Part shown: piece by piece, positions 15,727 through 23,663 of the stretch
Layout of the letters: each line of letters starts with the position of its first letter
Position numbering within the stretch: the first letter of the stretch is position 1
Assembly: GCA_018262975.1 (NCBI GenBank)
Contig: JADFDG010000002.1
Coordinates: 93,523 to 157,522, forward strand
Direction of reading: 5' to 3'
From: Gammaproteobacteria bacterium
Lineage (GTDB): Bacteria > Pseudomonadota > Gammaproteobacteria > Pseudomonadales > JADFDG01
DNA: 64,000 bases
Notes under the pieces: model-generated
What the model was told of the DNA's origin: nothing
Databases searched by the model: none
The model's input: only the letters and a program-made list of their open reading frames with translations
Position numbers and translations under genes: made by a program

Positions 15727-17559
15727 GTGAAGGTAATCGATCGACTGACCGGCGAAACCCTTGAATTGCCCTCACCGGTGACGCCGGGCCGTTATGCCGT
15801 CAGGCAGGCCTGCCGCTTCAATGGTCACTCGGACCTCGAGCCGCACGCGGTGCTGGTTGGCGATGGTTCGTCCCGCTGCGTGCTGGACGACAAGCCCGCG
15901 GGGCACTTCCCCGACACGGCGCAACCACGCGAACGGCGTGCGAAAGTTGAACTGCTGCGGGAGGCCATCCACGCCATCCACCATCAGCGGCAGGACAGCG
16001 CCGACGCGCTCCCCTCGCCGCTGATGCCGCTCACGCTGGCGAGGGTTCTTGATCTCGGTCCGCTCGAGGAAGAACTGGCGGCGGTGATGCAGGCCGGGCA
16101 CCTGGACGAGATCGCACGTCGGCCCCGCATGTCGCTGAACTACGAAACGGAACTCACTGTGCTCTCGCGTGCCCGTCGGCTGGCGCCGGATGCGCATCGC
16201 CGACTGGCCTCGAACTCCGGCGACTGGCAATACCGGACGTTCAGCGGCATCGTGCCCCGGCGCGTGCTGGCCCTGCACAGCGAGGACGACCTCGGCCTTT
16301 ACGAAAACAAGGTGTTCGCGCGACTTGTCGATCGCCTGGTCGAGCACCTGCTGGCCCGCATCGCCAAAATCAACCACCTGCACCGCAATCTCGAGGATGC
16401 CATGCGCCTGCAGGACGCGGAGCACCTCTTCCGTCCCCTCCGCGAGGAACTCTGCTCCCTGTGGGGAGAGGCCTTCCTCGCAGCAGACAGCAACACGGCG
16501 CACGAACTCGAACGCAGCCTCGACGCCCGCGAACGCCTGACCCGCCTGCTGCGCAAGCTGCTGGCCTTCAAGCATGGCGACCTCTACGCCGCCATTCCGC
16601 AGAGCGCGCAGGTACCCGAAAAGCTGCGTGACACCAACATCCTCATCCACGACCCGCATTACCGGCACCTGCGGGACCTCTGGAACCGGGCGGCCGGCGA
16701 GAGGGCGAGCGCACGCCTGACGCCCCGCGAACAGATGCTGGTCGAGCAGCGATGTCTGGCCAACTACTCGTCCTACGTCGGCTTGGTCGTGGCGCGCGCC
16801 TTGCGGTCATTCGGGCACGACTTCGCATCAGGCGCCGACGGCGGCAGCGAGGCTGTGCTGGGCCATACACGCATCCGCGTGACACGGCAGGGCCTCGACT
16901 GGCACCTGAACGATGGCCGGTCGGAGATCGTGCTTGTCCCGTTCGAGTTCGCCTTTTCCGGGGCTGAGCAACCGGCCGTGGCCGGCGCGACGCAGCGCTA
17001 CGCGGTCTGCTGCTTTCCGCAGGGGACCGATCCGCGGGACGATACTGCGCACGGCGGGCTGTCCGTTCATCCGGCCGACTTCTACGTCGAGGAGAAGATC
17101 CGCGCCATGCTGACCGACTGGCAGCTCCGTCCGATGTTCGCGCGCTATGGCACGCCACTGAAAAACGTGCCGAATGCCATTGTCGACTTCCTGCGTGACC
17201 ACGACTTGGGCCGTGGCGACGCCAGCCAATTATTCATCGTGAAACCGCCCGCCAACGGGCAGCGCGCAGCCCTCGATGCCGTGGCGGCGCGGCACGCCAA
17301 CCCGCAAACACGAGCGGACGTGCTGCAGCGCCTCGACGACCTCCGGGTCTTGTCCACCTGTCGGAACGACTGGTGCGGCGCCGCCATGGCGTTCGAGCCG
17401 TCAGACGGCGGGTGCTTTCACGCCTACTGCCACCGCTGCGGCGCCCGCACCGGCATCCGGCTCGATCATCACCGGCGCCATGCCTTCTTGTGGCCGGATG
17501 GCGCAGCACAGCCGGGTGACACCGACTACGGCGCGCGGCGGCTGGAGTTTGACCTATGA
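15727..17559 (+). CDS. McrC/DUF2357-like partner protein with C-terminal Cys/His zinc-ribbon-like cluster (CnuC-like)
   Basis: Starts 3 nt after the McrB-like gene. DLGLYENKVFARLVDRLV resembles the DUF2357/McrC 'ENr' helix. The C-terminus is CRNDWCG...CFHAYCHRCG. I could not find a canonical PD-(D/E)xK motif by eye. Confidence 0.55.
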   Translation: MKVIDRLTGETLELPSPVTPGRYAVRQACRFNGHSDLEPHAVLVGDGSSRCVLDDKPAGHFPDTAQPRERRAKVELLREAIHAIHHQRQDSADALPSPLMPLTLARVLDLGPLEEELAAVMQAGHLDEIARRPRMSLNYETELTVLSRARRLAPDAHRRLASNSGDWQYRTFSGIVPRRVLALHSEDDLGLYENKVFARLVDRLVEHLLARIAKINHLHRNLEDAMRLQDAEHLFRPLREELCSLWGEAFLAADSNTAHELERSLDARERLTRLLRKLLAFKHGDLYAAIPQSAQVPEKLRDTNILIHDPHYRHLRDLWNRAAGERASARLTPREQMLVEQRCLANYSSYVGLVVARALRSFGHDFASGADGGSEAVLGHTRIRVTRQGLDWHLNDGRSEIVLVPFEFAFSGAEQPAVAGATQRYAVCCFPQGTDPRDDTAHGGLSVHPADFYVEEKIRAMLTDWQLRPMFARYGTPLKNVPNAIVDFLRDHDLGRGDASQLFIVKPPANGQRAALDAVAARHANPQTRADVLQRLDDLRVLSTCRNDWCGAAMAFEPSDGGCFHAYCHRCGARTGIRLDHHRRHAFLWPDGAAQPGDTDYGARRLEFDL

Positions 17560-17724
17560 GTTGCGCTTGTTGATGGCGGCCAAAAGCCGGAGCGAACCCC
17601 TGTACGAGTTGCGCGGGACCCATAAAACATTAAGGCTTGGATAGTCCAAAATCTCTCATGAAATGTTTGTAATTCTTTACAACAAAGACATATGCGTTGG
17701 CGCAAGGTTTGATTGAGGCTATAT

Positions 17725-18753
17725 ATGCATCTTCAGGGGCACCTCCTATATATCGACATTACACAAATATGCGGCATCGGCTGTGCCTTCTGTATGTACG
17801 CCGACAAGCACAAAATAGGGACTAGCATGGAGCTATCAACGTTGGCGCGGGAAAACCTCACCAGGTTGATCAATTCCCCGGACGTCAAGCGGATCTCCAT
17901 CAGTGGTGAGGGCGAGCCACTAAACAACGCCAAAGTGTTCCACGAGATACTCGGATTGTCCAAAGGTGGCAAGTGCTTCGAATTCATCACTAGTGGGTTC
18001 TATCCACATGACAAGATGGCGGATTTCTACGATGCGACGAGCCGCATTGTTTCGGTCAGTGGCGACACCTGCAACATCCGCCTAAGCGCCGACAGCCACC
18101 ATATTGAGAAGGTTAAATGGCGGGCTCATGGTTTTAGTCTGGACTACCTGCGGCGCCGGCGACCGCCAGGGCTCAGTTTCTCGTTCCGCTCGATCGACAC
18201 CGATCGCGATTTCACTCGCGCGTACCTGAAGTCTGAACTGGTCCACTGGGGCGTTGAAGCAACCATTGAGTCACGCAGTGTGCTTGAAGATGTACTGGTC
18301 GCGGGCGGCGAGTGGTTCAGCATCGACTACAAGAACCTCGTTCACCCTGCTCCAGAAACCGCCCCCGGCTATCTAGATATGCGGGGCTACATCGAGGCGA
18401 TCGAGTCAAAGGTCAACAAGCCCTTTACCTTCGGCAGCCTGAATAAACCGCCACAGGCCAACGGTTTGGATGTCACGGTAAAGCCTAGCGGCGACATATA
18501 CCTGTATGGCATCGAGAATCAGCGCCTGGGCAACATTCACTTTGACCGGGTCGACTGGCAACGGCTGGTCGACCACGTGCGGGAAACACCGTTAACCCGA
18601 GCACTTTATACGCAACCCTTTACCGAGTTGCTGGGGCGCCTTGATAACACCGATCTGCTTCGTTCGATCATCGCCAAGGCGAACAATCCCTACTGGCTGG
18701 TGAAGGAGCTGGCAGGTCATGCTGGATTGCTTGAACAGTGGGGCGCTGCATGA
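17725..18753 (+). CDS. radical SAM enzyme (unassigned subfamily)
   Basis: CxxxCxxC cluster CGIGCAFC at residues ~16-23 and SAM-binding ISGEGEPL. GAGG lies 6 nt upstream of ATG 17725 (track start TTG 17713). Lower-GC codon usage than its neighbours. Confidence 0.85.
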   Translation: MHLQGHLLYIDITQICGIGCAFCMYADKHKIGTSMELSTLARENLTRLINSPDVKRISISGEGEPLNNAKVFHEILGLSKGGKCFEFITSGFYPHDKMADFYDATSRIVSVSGDTCNIRLSADSHHIEKVKWRAHGFSLDYLRRRRPPGLSFSFRSIDTDRDFTRAYLKSELVHWGVEATIESRSVLEDVLVAGGEWFSIDYKNLVHPAPETAPGYLDMRGYIEAIESKVNKPFTFGSLNKPPQANGLDVTVKPSGDIYLYGIENQRLGNIHFDRVDWQRLVDHVRETPLTRALYTQPFTELLGRLDNTDLLRSIIAKANNPYWLVKELAGHAGLLEQWGAA

Positions 18754-19616
18754 TCGACTCACATAGCCACAGCTATTATTCGAAGCATGCGATCGGAACT
18801 GTCGACGAGTTAGTTCGCGCCTCGGTCGCCGCAGGCGTAACCGTCCTAACCATCACTGACCACGCGCCGTTCCCTGTGGATATGGACAACCGTCTGCTCG
18901 CGTCAGAACTTGATCGCTATTTCGCTGACATCAAGCGGGCGCGGGAGATTTATCAGGGGCAGATCACTATCCTGAGTGGCCTGGAACTCGACTACATGCC
19001 AGGTACCGACGCCTTCAATCGCGAGCTGCTTGCTCGTTACCCGATGGACTTTGTAATAGGCTCGATTCATTACGTAGAAGTTCCGGATGAAGCGATGGTG
19101 AAGGTCTGGGAGCTGCCACGCCTTGCCGGGCAGGCGTTTCTAGATCGCTACTTCGCCAATCTCGAAGGTCTGCTAGATAGTGGATTGTTCGATGCTGTAG
19201 GGCACGCTGACACCTTGCTGCGTGGCGTGCCGGAAGACATCTTCCTGCGCCGTTTTGAACCTTTGTTGGCACCGCTCGCCAGAAGCGGTATCGCATTCGA
19301 GCTCAATGCGTCAGGTCTTCGAAAGTCGAGCCTGGACCCTACAACGGGCAGGGAGGTCCAGGGCTTTTGGTCTTATCCGTCTCGGGCGTTGGTGGCACAG
19401 CTTATCGCACACGGGGTGCCTTTCACGGTTGGGTCTGATACCCATGACCCGAGCGACGCTGGCGCGGGCATTGCTGAACTGCTTGAGACACTGAGGCCTT
19501 TGGGGCTGAAGAGCATTAGTTACTACGAGCGGCGCCGACGAATCGATGTCGACCTCGACAGCCTGACGTTACCGGGCACACCAACAACTTTGACAGCAGG
19601 ACTTGAACGGCCTTGA
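18750..19616 (+). CDS. PHP-family phosphoesterase (HisJ histidinol-phosphatase-like)
   Basis: IDSHSHS, ITDHAP, GLELDY, GSIHY, VGHAD and GSDTHDP metal-ligand motifs in PHP order. ATG 18750 overlaps the radical SAM stop (ATGA). Confidence 0.85.
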   Translation: MIDSHSHSYYSKHAIGTVDELVRASVAAGVTVLTITDHAPFPVDMDNRLLASELDRYFADIKRAREIYQGQITILSGLELDYMPGTDAFNRELLARYPMDFVIGSIHYVEVPDEAMVKVWELPRLAGQAFLDRYFANLEGLLDSGLFDAVGHADTLLRGVPEDIFLRRFEPLLAPLARSGIAFELNASGLRKSSLDPTTGREVQGFWSYPSRALVAQLIAHGVPFTVGSDTHDPSDAGAGIAELLETLRPLGLKSISYYERRRRIDVDLDSLTLPGTPTTLTAGLERP

Positions 19617-20743
19617 ACATGGTTTGCCCTGAAAGATCTCCGCTATGGTTCGAGCTACTTAAGAGCCCGGTTGATGTCCAGTTGGCGATGTTTCGTCAGG
19701 CTTCCGCTCAGCCCCGTGCGAATGATGTGAAAGCTGGATTCCGCGCGTTCGCTGCCGAGCTGTTTGCACGTGGCCAGATCAGCATGACCGAGTATGTTTC
19801 GATTTTTGGCGGTACTGCCCTGCACTGCATTACATCTGCCGAGTCGGGATTGTTCCGCGACATGACCACGGGCAGCGATGCCACAGCACTGGCTGGGATC
19901 TACAGCCGTGCAAAATACGGCGGTGTGCATGACATCCGGTATCTCGCAAGACAACTGATCGACTACCTCTGTGGCGAGCTGGATAGGTCAGACTCGCAAT
20001 GGTCATACCTGTTCCAAAACGCCAAGGCCTGTGGGGACAACGTGGTGATGATGACCACTGGGTGGCGCAACGTGCCATCCACGGCGAACGTGCTCTATGA
20101 GTTCGTGGTCGAGGAGGTCAACGTCAAACTGGCGCATATGGCGTTGCCGACCATCATCAACGTCAAGCTACCCAGGATTGCGCCGCCGTGCGAGAGCTAC
20201 GCCAGCCTCAGCACAGAAGAGCGTGAGCATGTCAATCTGGTCCAAGATCATGTCATTCCGGCTGAGAATTTCTACCGATGGGGCGGTGTGCATGTGATTT
20301 TCGGCGACGATGTGCTGGTCACCGGATCTACCGCCGACAAAGTGCTTTATGAATCCATGCGTAGCGGTGCCAAGTCGTTCCACGCGATTTATCCGGTGGC
20401 GATTGATCCCCGTGTAGCGCTCGGCGATGCCTCAGTCGAGGACCGACTGAATAGCGTGGCGGTCGAACCGCGGCTGGATGATACCGTTGCGGAGCTGTTG
20501 TCTGCGCGGGACTACCAACCAATCCTGCGCACCCTGCGCCTGTTATTCGGGGAGGGAAGCCGAGAGTCGTTCGCCGCATTCCTGCCGAAGGTGCCTGCGC
20601 CGACCTGGCTGCGTCTGTACAAGTCTGCCTTGGGTAACGAGTTTCTAAGTCAGACACAATGTGCTCCTTCCTTGGTGTTGCTGAGGGAGTACCTGACAAA
20701 TGCCGGGTTGTTAAGTGCCAATGGAAGTCCGATTCACCCGTGA
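19613..20743 (+). CDS. phosphoribosyltransferase-family protein (ComF-like type I PRTase) with long N-terminal region
   Basis: PRPP-binding loop VHVIFGDDVLVTGSTADK and an upstream SRAKYGG motif as in ComF-type PRTases. TTG 19613 overlaps the PHP stop (TTGA); the alternative start is ATG 19619. Confidence 0.7.
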   Translation: MNMVCPERSPLWFELLKSPVDVQLAMFRQASAQPRANDVKAGFRAFAAELFARGQISMTEYVSIFGGTALHCITSAESGLFRDMTTGSDATALAGIYSRAKYGGVHDIRYLARQLIDYLCGELDRSDSQWSYLFQNAKACGDNVVMMTTGWRNVPSTANVLYEFVVEEVNVKLAHMALPTIINVKLPRIAPPCESYASLSTEEREHVNLVQDHVIPAENFYRWGGVHVIFGDDVLVTGSTADKVLYESMRSGAKSFHAIYPVAIDPRVALGDASVEDRLNSVAVEPRLDDTVAELLSARDYQPILRTLRLLFGEGSRESFAAFLPKVPAPTWLRLYKSALGNEFLSQTQCAPSLVLLREYLTNAGLLSANGSPIHP

Positions 20744-20768
20744 GCAGCTGCCTTGAGGCTTGTTGATC

Positions 20769-20923
20769 GCATCCTTTCGTACGAACCGATGGACCTCTCC
20801 CTCGCTTCGCCTGAGGGTGTCTGGGTCGAATGTGGGGCCCCCAAGGCCTTGGGATGGCCGCGAGGCCCGTGGATTACGCCAATCTGCGCTGTTCAAAGGG
20901 ACGACGTTCGTAGGAAAGGATGC
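20769..20923. repeat. MITE-like unit A: 155 bp bounded by 18-bp terminal inverted repeats
   Basis: The left end GCATCCTTTCGTACGAAC pairs with the right end GTTCGTAGGAAAGGATGC (1 mismatch). Confidence 0.55.
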
Positions 20924-20959
20924 CGCTCCGCTTGGTCTGGCGGCGGAGTGCCCGACCGC

Positions 20960-21113
20960 GCATCCTTTCGTACGAGCTGAAGTGATGGTTTGGCCTTTTA
21001 AGGCAAGGTTTGCGGCTCCCAGGGAACTCAGCTTGAGGGCTCGGCGGTGCCAAAGGGCTGGAAATCGCGCGCCCCCTGCCCACTCGGGCAGGGGGCTTCG
21101 TACGAAAGGATGC
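20960..21113. repeat. MITE-like unit B: 154 bp bounded by the same 16-bp terminal inverted repeats
   Basis: GCATCCTTTCGTACGA ... TCGTACGAAAGGATGC (perfect). The interior differs from unit A and contains the hairpin CCCCCTGCCC-ACTC-GGGCAGGGGG (about 21072-21095). Confidence 0.55.
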
Positions 21114-21138
21114 AGAGGCTAGGGCCGGCCCAAGCAGG

Positions 21139-21624
21139 TCAGAAATCAACCAGGCCTTTCTGGAAGTCGGCGATCGTCCACGTGTCGTTGGCCAATTTGA
21201 AGATCACAACGCCGGTTTCCGAACCGACCTCCGTGCCCGGCGGAAGGTCGATAGCCTCAAAAAGCGTCCTCTCGATGGAGGGTCTGCGGCTGGTCGCAGA
21301 CATCATGGCCTTTAGAAAGATCCACTCCCGGTCTTGCTGATCCTGAAGAGCCTCCGGGAGCACCTCGGTGCGCGACGTGGTGATCGTCATCTCGCATCCG
21401 TACCGGTCCTCGGCCATAAATTTGCACTTATTCACGGTCATCTCGTTCCTGAAGAGAATGCCGAAGAAGCGGTGCATCCCCTGGAATTCGAGCGCAGGCC
21501 TGAACTTGTCCTGCAGATCCAGATGGACCTTTTCGTCAGACGGCGGCTTCGGCCCGCAGCCGGCGAGAGTGGAAAGCAGGCTCAACACGAGCAGTGCTTT
21601 GCCGAGTCGCGAGGTATTGTTCAT
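21139..21624 (-). CDS. lipoprotein, hypothetical
   Basis: MNNTSRLGKALLVLSLLSTLAGC carries a lipobox (LAGC). AAGGAG lies 7 nt upstream of ATG 21624; the track ORF extends to 21783. Lower-GC composition. Confidence 0.7.
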   Translation of the reverse strand: MNNTSRLGKALLVLSLLSTLAGCGPKPPSDEKVHLDLQDKFRPALEFQGMHRFFGILFRNEMTVNKCKFMAEDRYGCEMTITTSRTEVLPEALQDQQDREWIFLKAMMSATSRRPSIERTLFEAIDLPPGTEVGSETGVVIFKLANDTWTIADFQKGLVDF

Positions 21625-22148
21625 GGGGATCTCCTTGGTGGTTATTGGGAATTCCTGATCGGGGATGCCCGCGATACCGGGGCGTGATACGCCCAGGATC
21701 CGCCCTGTCCCAATGTCTGTGCGCGCGTCGTCGCCGTAGCCTCTGTAGGCCGAACCCAGGGGGATCGTGGTGCTCGCCTGCATGGTTTCAGGCGGAAAGG
21801 GGTGTGCGCCCTGACGGTTCTGCCTGGCAAAAGGCCCGGTCGGACAGATGCGTCTCCACTATTTCCAGGCCGATGTCCGCTGGAAACGTTGGCGACGAGG
21901 GGGTGAGAGTTGCACCGAAAGCCGACGCGAGCTGGCCGAATGACGTCGCCAAACCAGCGGCGCATTCCGCAGGCTAGTACTCGTCTTTTGAGAGAAAACC
22001 GAAGGCCGCGGAGTCCGGCTTTGTGCCCACGAAAAGGCACCTTGCGTGCGCTTAAGTGATGTCGCGAGGGCTGTCCGGTGCGCCGTAACTTGCTGACGTA
22101 AAAGCGATTTACGTCACCTGAGGGCAGGTAACGTTCCGTACCGGGTTT

Positions 22149-22189
22149 GGCTTCGGAGGCGGTACTCTATCCAGCTGAGCTACGAGCGC
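22149..22189 (-). pseudogene. truncated tRNA-Arg(CCG): 5' fragment only (acceptor 5' arm, D-arm, anticodon loop)
   Basis: The minus strand reads GCGCTCG-TA-GCTC-AGCTGGATA-GAGT..ACCGC-CTCCGAA-GC, close to the E. coli tRNA-Arg(CCG) 5' half. Similarity stops two nt into the 3' side of the anticodon stem. No T-arm (GGTTCGAATCC) follows. Confidence 0.6.
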
Positions 22190-22334
22190 ATGCGCGGTGC
22201 GGGCGGCGATATTACACGATATTCGCCGGGCACCGGCAGGCGGGATTTGCGCTTCCGCGGCGGCGCCACCGATACAATCCCCGCCCCTCCCCGCCAGCAG
22301 GCGGGCCCCCGTTGCCGATGGCGGACCCCTACCT

Positions 22335-23531
22335 TTGACTCCTTTTGATGTCGTGATCATCGGTGGCGGCGCCTCCGGACTCATGTGCGCGCTGACCGCC
22401 GGCCAGCGTGGACGACGCGTGCTGGTGCTGGACGGCAGCAACAAGATCGGCAAGAAGATCCTGATGTCGGGCGGCGGACGCTGCAACTTCACCAACCTGC
22501 ACATCGGCCCGGAGTGCTACCTCTCCGCCAATCCGCACTTCTGCATTTCCGCGCTGCAGCGATACAACCAGTGGGATTTCATCGCGCTGGTCGAAAAGCA
22601 CCGCATTCCCTACCACGAGCGCAAGCACGGCGAGTTGTTCTGCAACGACTCCGCCAGTGACATCCTGGCCATGCTGGTGGCGGAATGCGAACAGGCCCGG
22701 GTTCGCATCCAGACGCACTGTGAAATCCAGTCGATCACGGCCACCGGCCACGACGGGCAGCGTTTCGTCATCCGCACCGGCAAGGGGGAGTTTTCCGCGC
22801 AGTCGCTGGTGGTGGCCACCGGCGGCCTGTCGATCCCGACCATGGGCGCCAGCGGGCTCGGCTATGACATCGCCCGGCAGTTCAACCTGCCGGTATTGCC
22901 GACGCGCGCCGGGCTGGTGCCTTTCATGTTCACCGATGCGTTCAAGGCTGTCTGTGACAGGTTGTCCGGCGTGGCCGTGGACGTGGTGCTGAGCACCGCG
23001 CAGCAGGCCTTCAGCGAAACCGTGCTGTTCACGCATCGCGGCCTGAGCGGCCCGGCGGCCCTGCAGCTTTCCAACTACTGGTTCCCGGGCCAGCCCGTTG
23101 TCATCAACTTGCTGCCCGGCCTCGACCTGCTGCCCTGGCTCCGGCAGCAAAAGAAAGACCACCCGCGCGCGCTGCTGCGCACGCAACTGGCGCCACTGTT
23201 GCCCAAGAGCCTGGTGCAGGAACTGCAAGCGCTGCTGTGGCCGGCCCGGGCGGAAACCGCCCTGGCGGAATTTCCCGACGCGGCCCTGCAGGGCATCGCC
23301 GATGGCCTGGCGCACTGGACCGTCAAGCCCTCCGGCACCGAGGGCTATCGCACCGCCGAGGTGACGCTGGGCGGCGTCGACACGCAGGCGCTGTCGTCCC
23401 GCACCATGGAGAGCAAGACGCAGCCCGGGCTGTACTTCATCGGCGAAGTGGTGGACGTGACCGGCCACCTGGGTGGCTTCAACTTCCAGTGGGCGTGGTC
23501 CTCGGGGCACGCGGCCGGGCAGTGTGCCTGA
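22335..23531 (+). CDS. HI0933/YhiN-family NAD(P)/FAD-dependent flavoprotein
   Basis: FDVVIIGGGASGLMCA...KIGKKILMSGGGRCNFTN. The start is uncertain: TTG 22335 is chosen because the track start 22197 would run over the tRNA remnant. Confidence 0.8.
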   Translation: MTPFDVVIIGGGASGLMCALTAGQRGRRVLVLDGSNKIGKKILMSGGGRCNFTNLHIGPECYLSANPHFCISALQRYNQWDFIALVEKHRIPYHERKHGELFCNDSASDILAMLVAECEQARVRIQTHCEIQSITATGHDGQRFVIRTGKGEFSAQSLVVATGGLSIPTMGASGLGYDIARQFNLPVLPTRAGLVPFMFTDAFKAVCDRLSGVAVDVVLSTAQQAFSETVLFTHRGLSGPAALQLSNYWFPGQPVVINLLPGLDLLPWLRQQKKDHPRALLRTQLAPLLPKSLVQELQALLWPARAETALAEFPDAALQGIADGLAHWTVKPSGTEGYRTAEVTLGGVDTQALSSRTMESKTQPGLYFIGEVVDVTGHLGGFNFQWAWSSGHAAGQCA

Positions 23532-23663
23532 CCGCAGCCAGCCACCCGCCACCCCGGCGGTCGGTGCATTTTTCGCAGCAACTTTGGCGAGCGTGGCACG
23601 ATAGGGCCACCGGTGAAGGATTCGCATCGACCAGCGATCAACCCCGGCAGGAGAACTCCGCTC

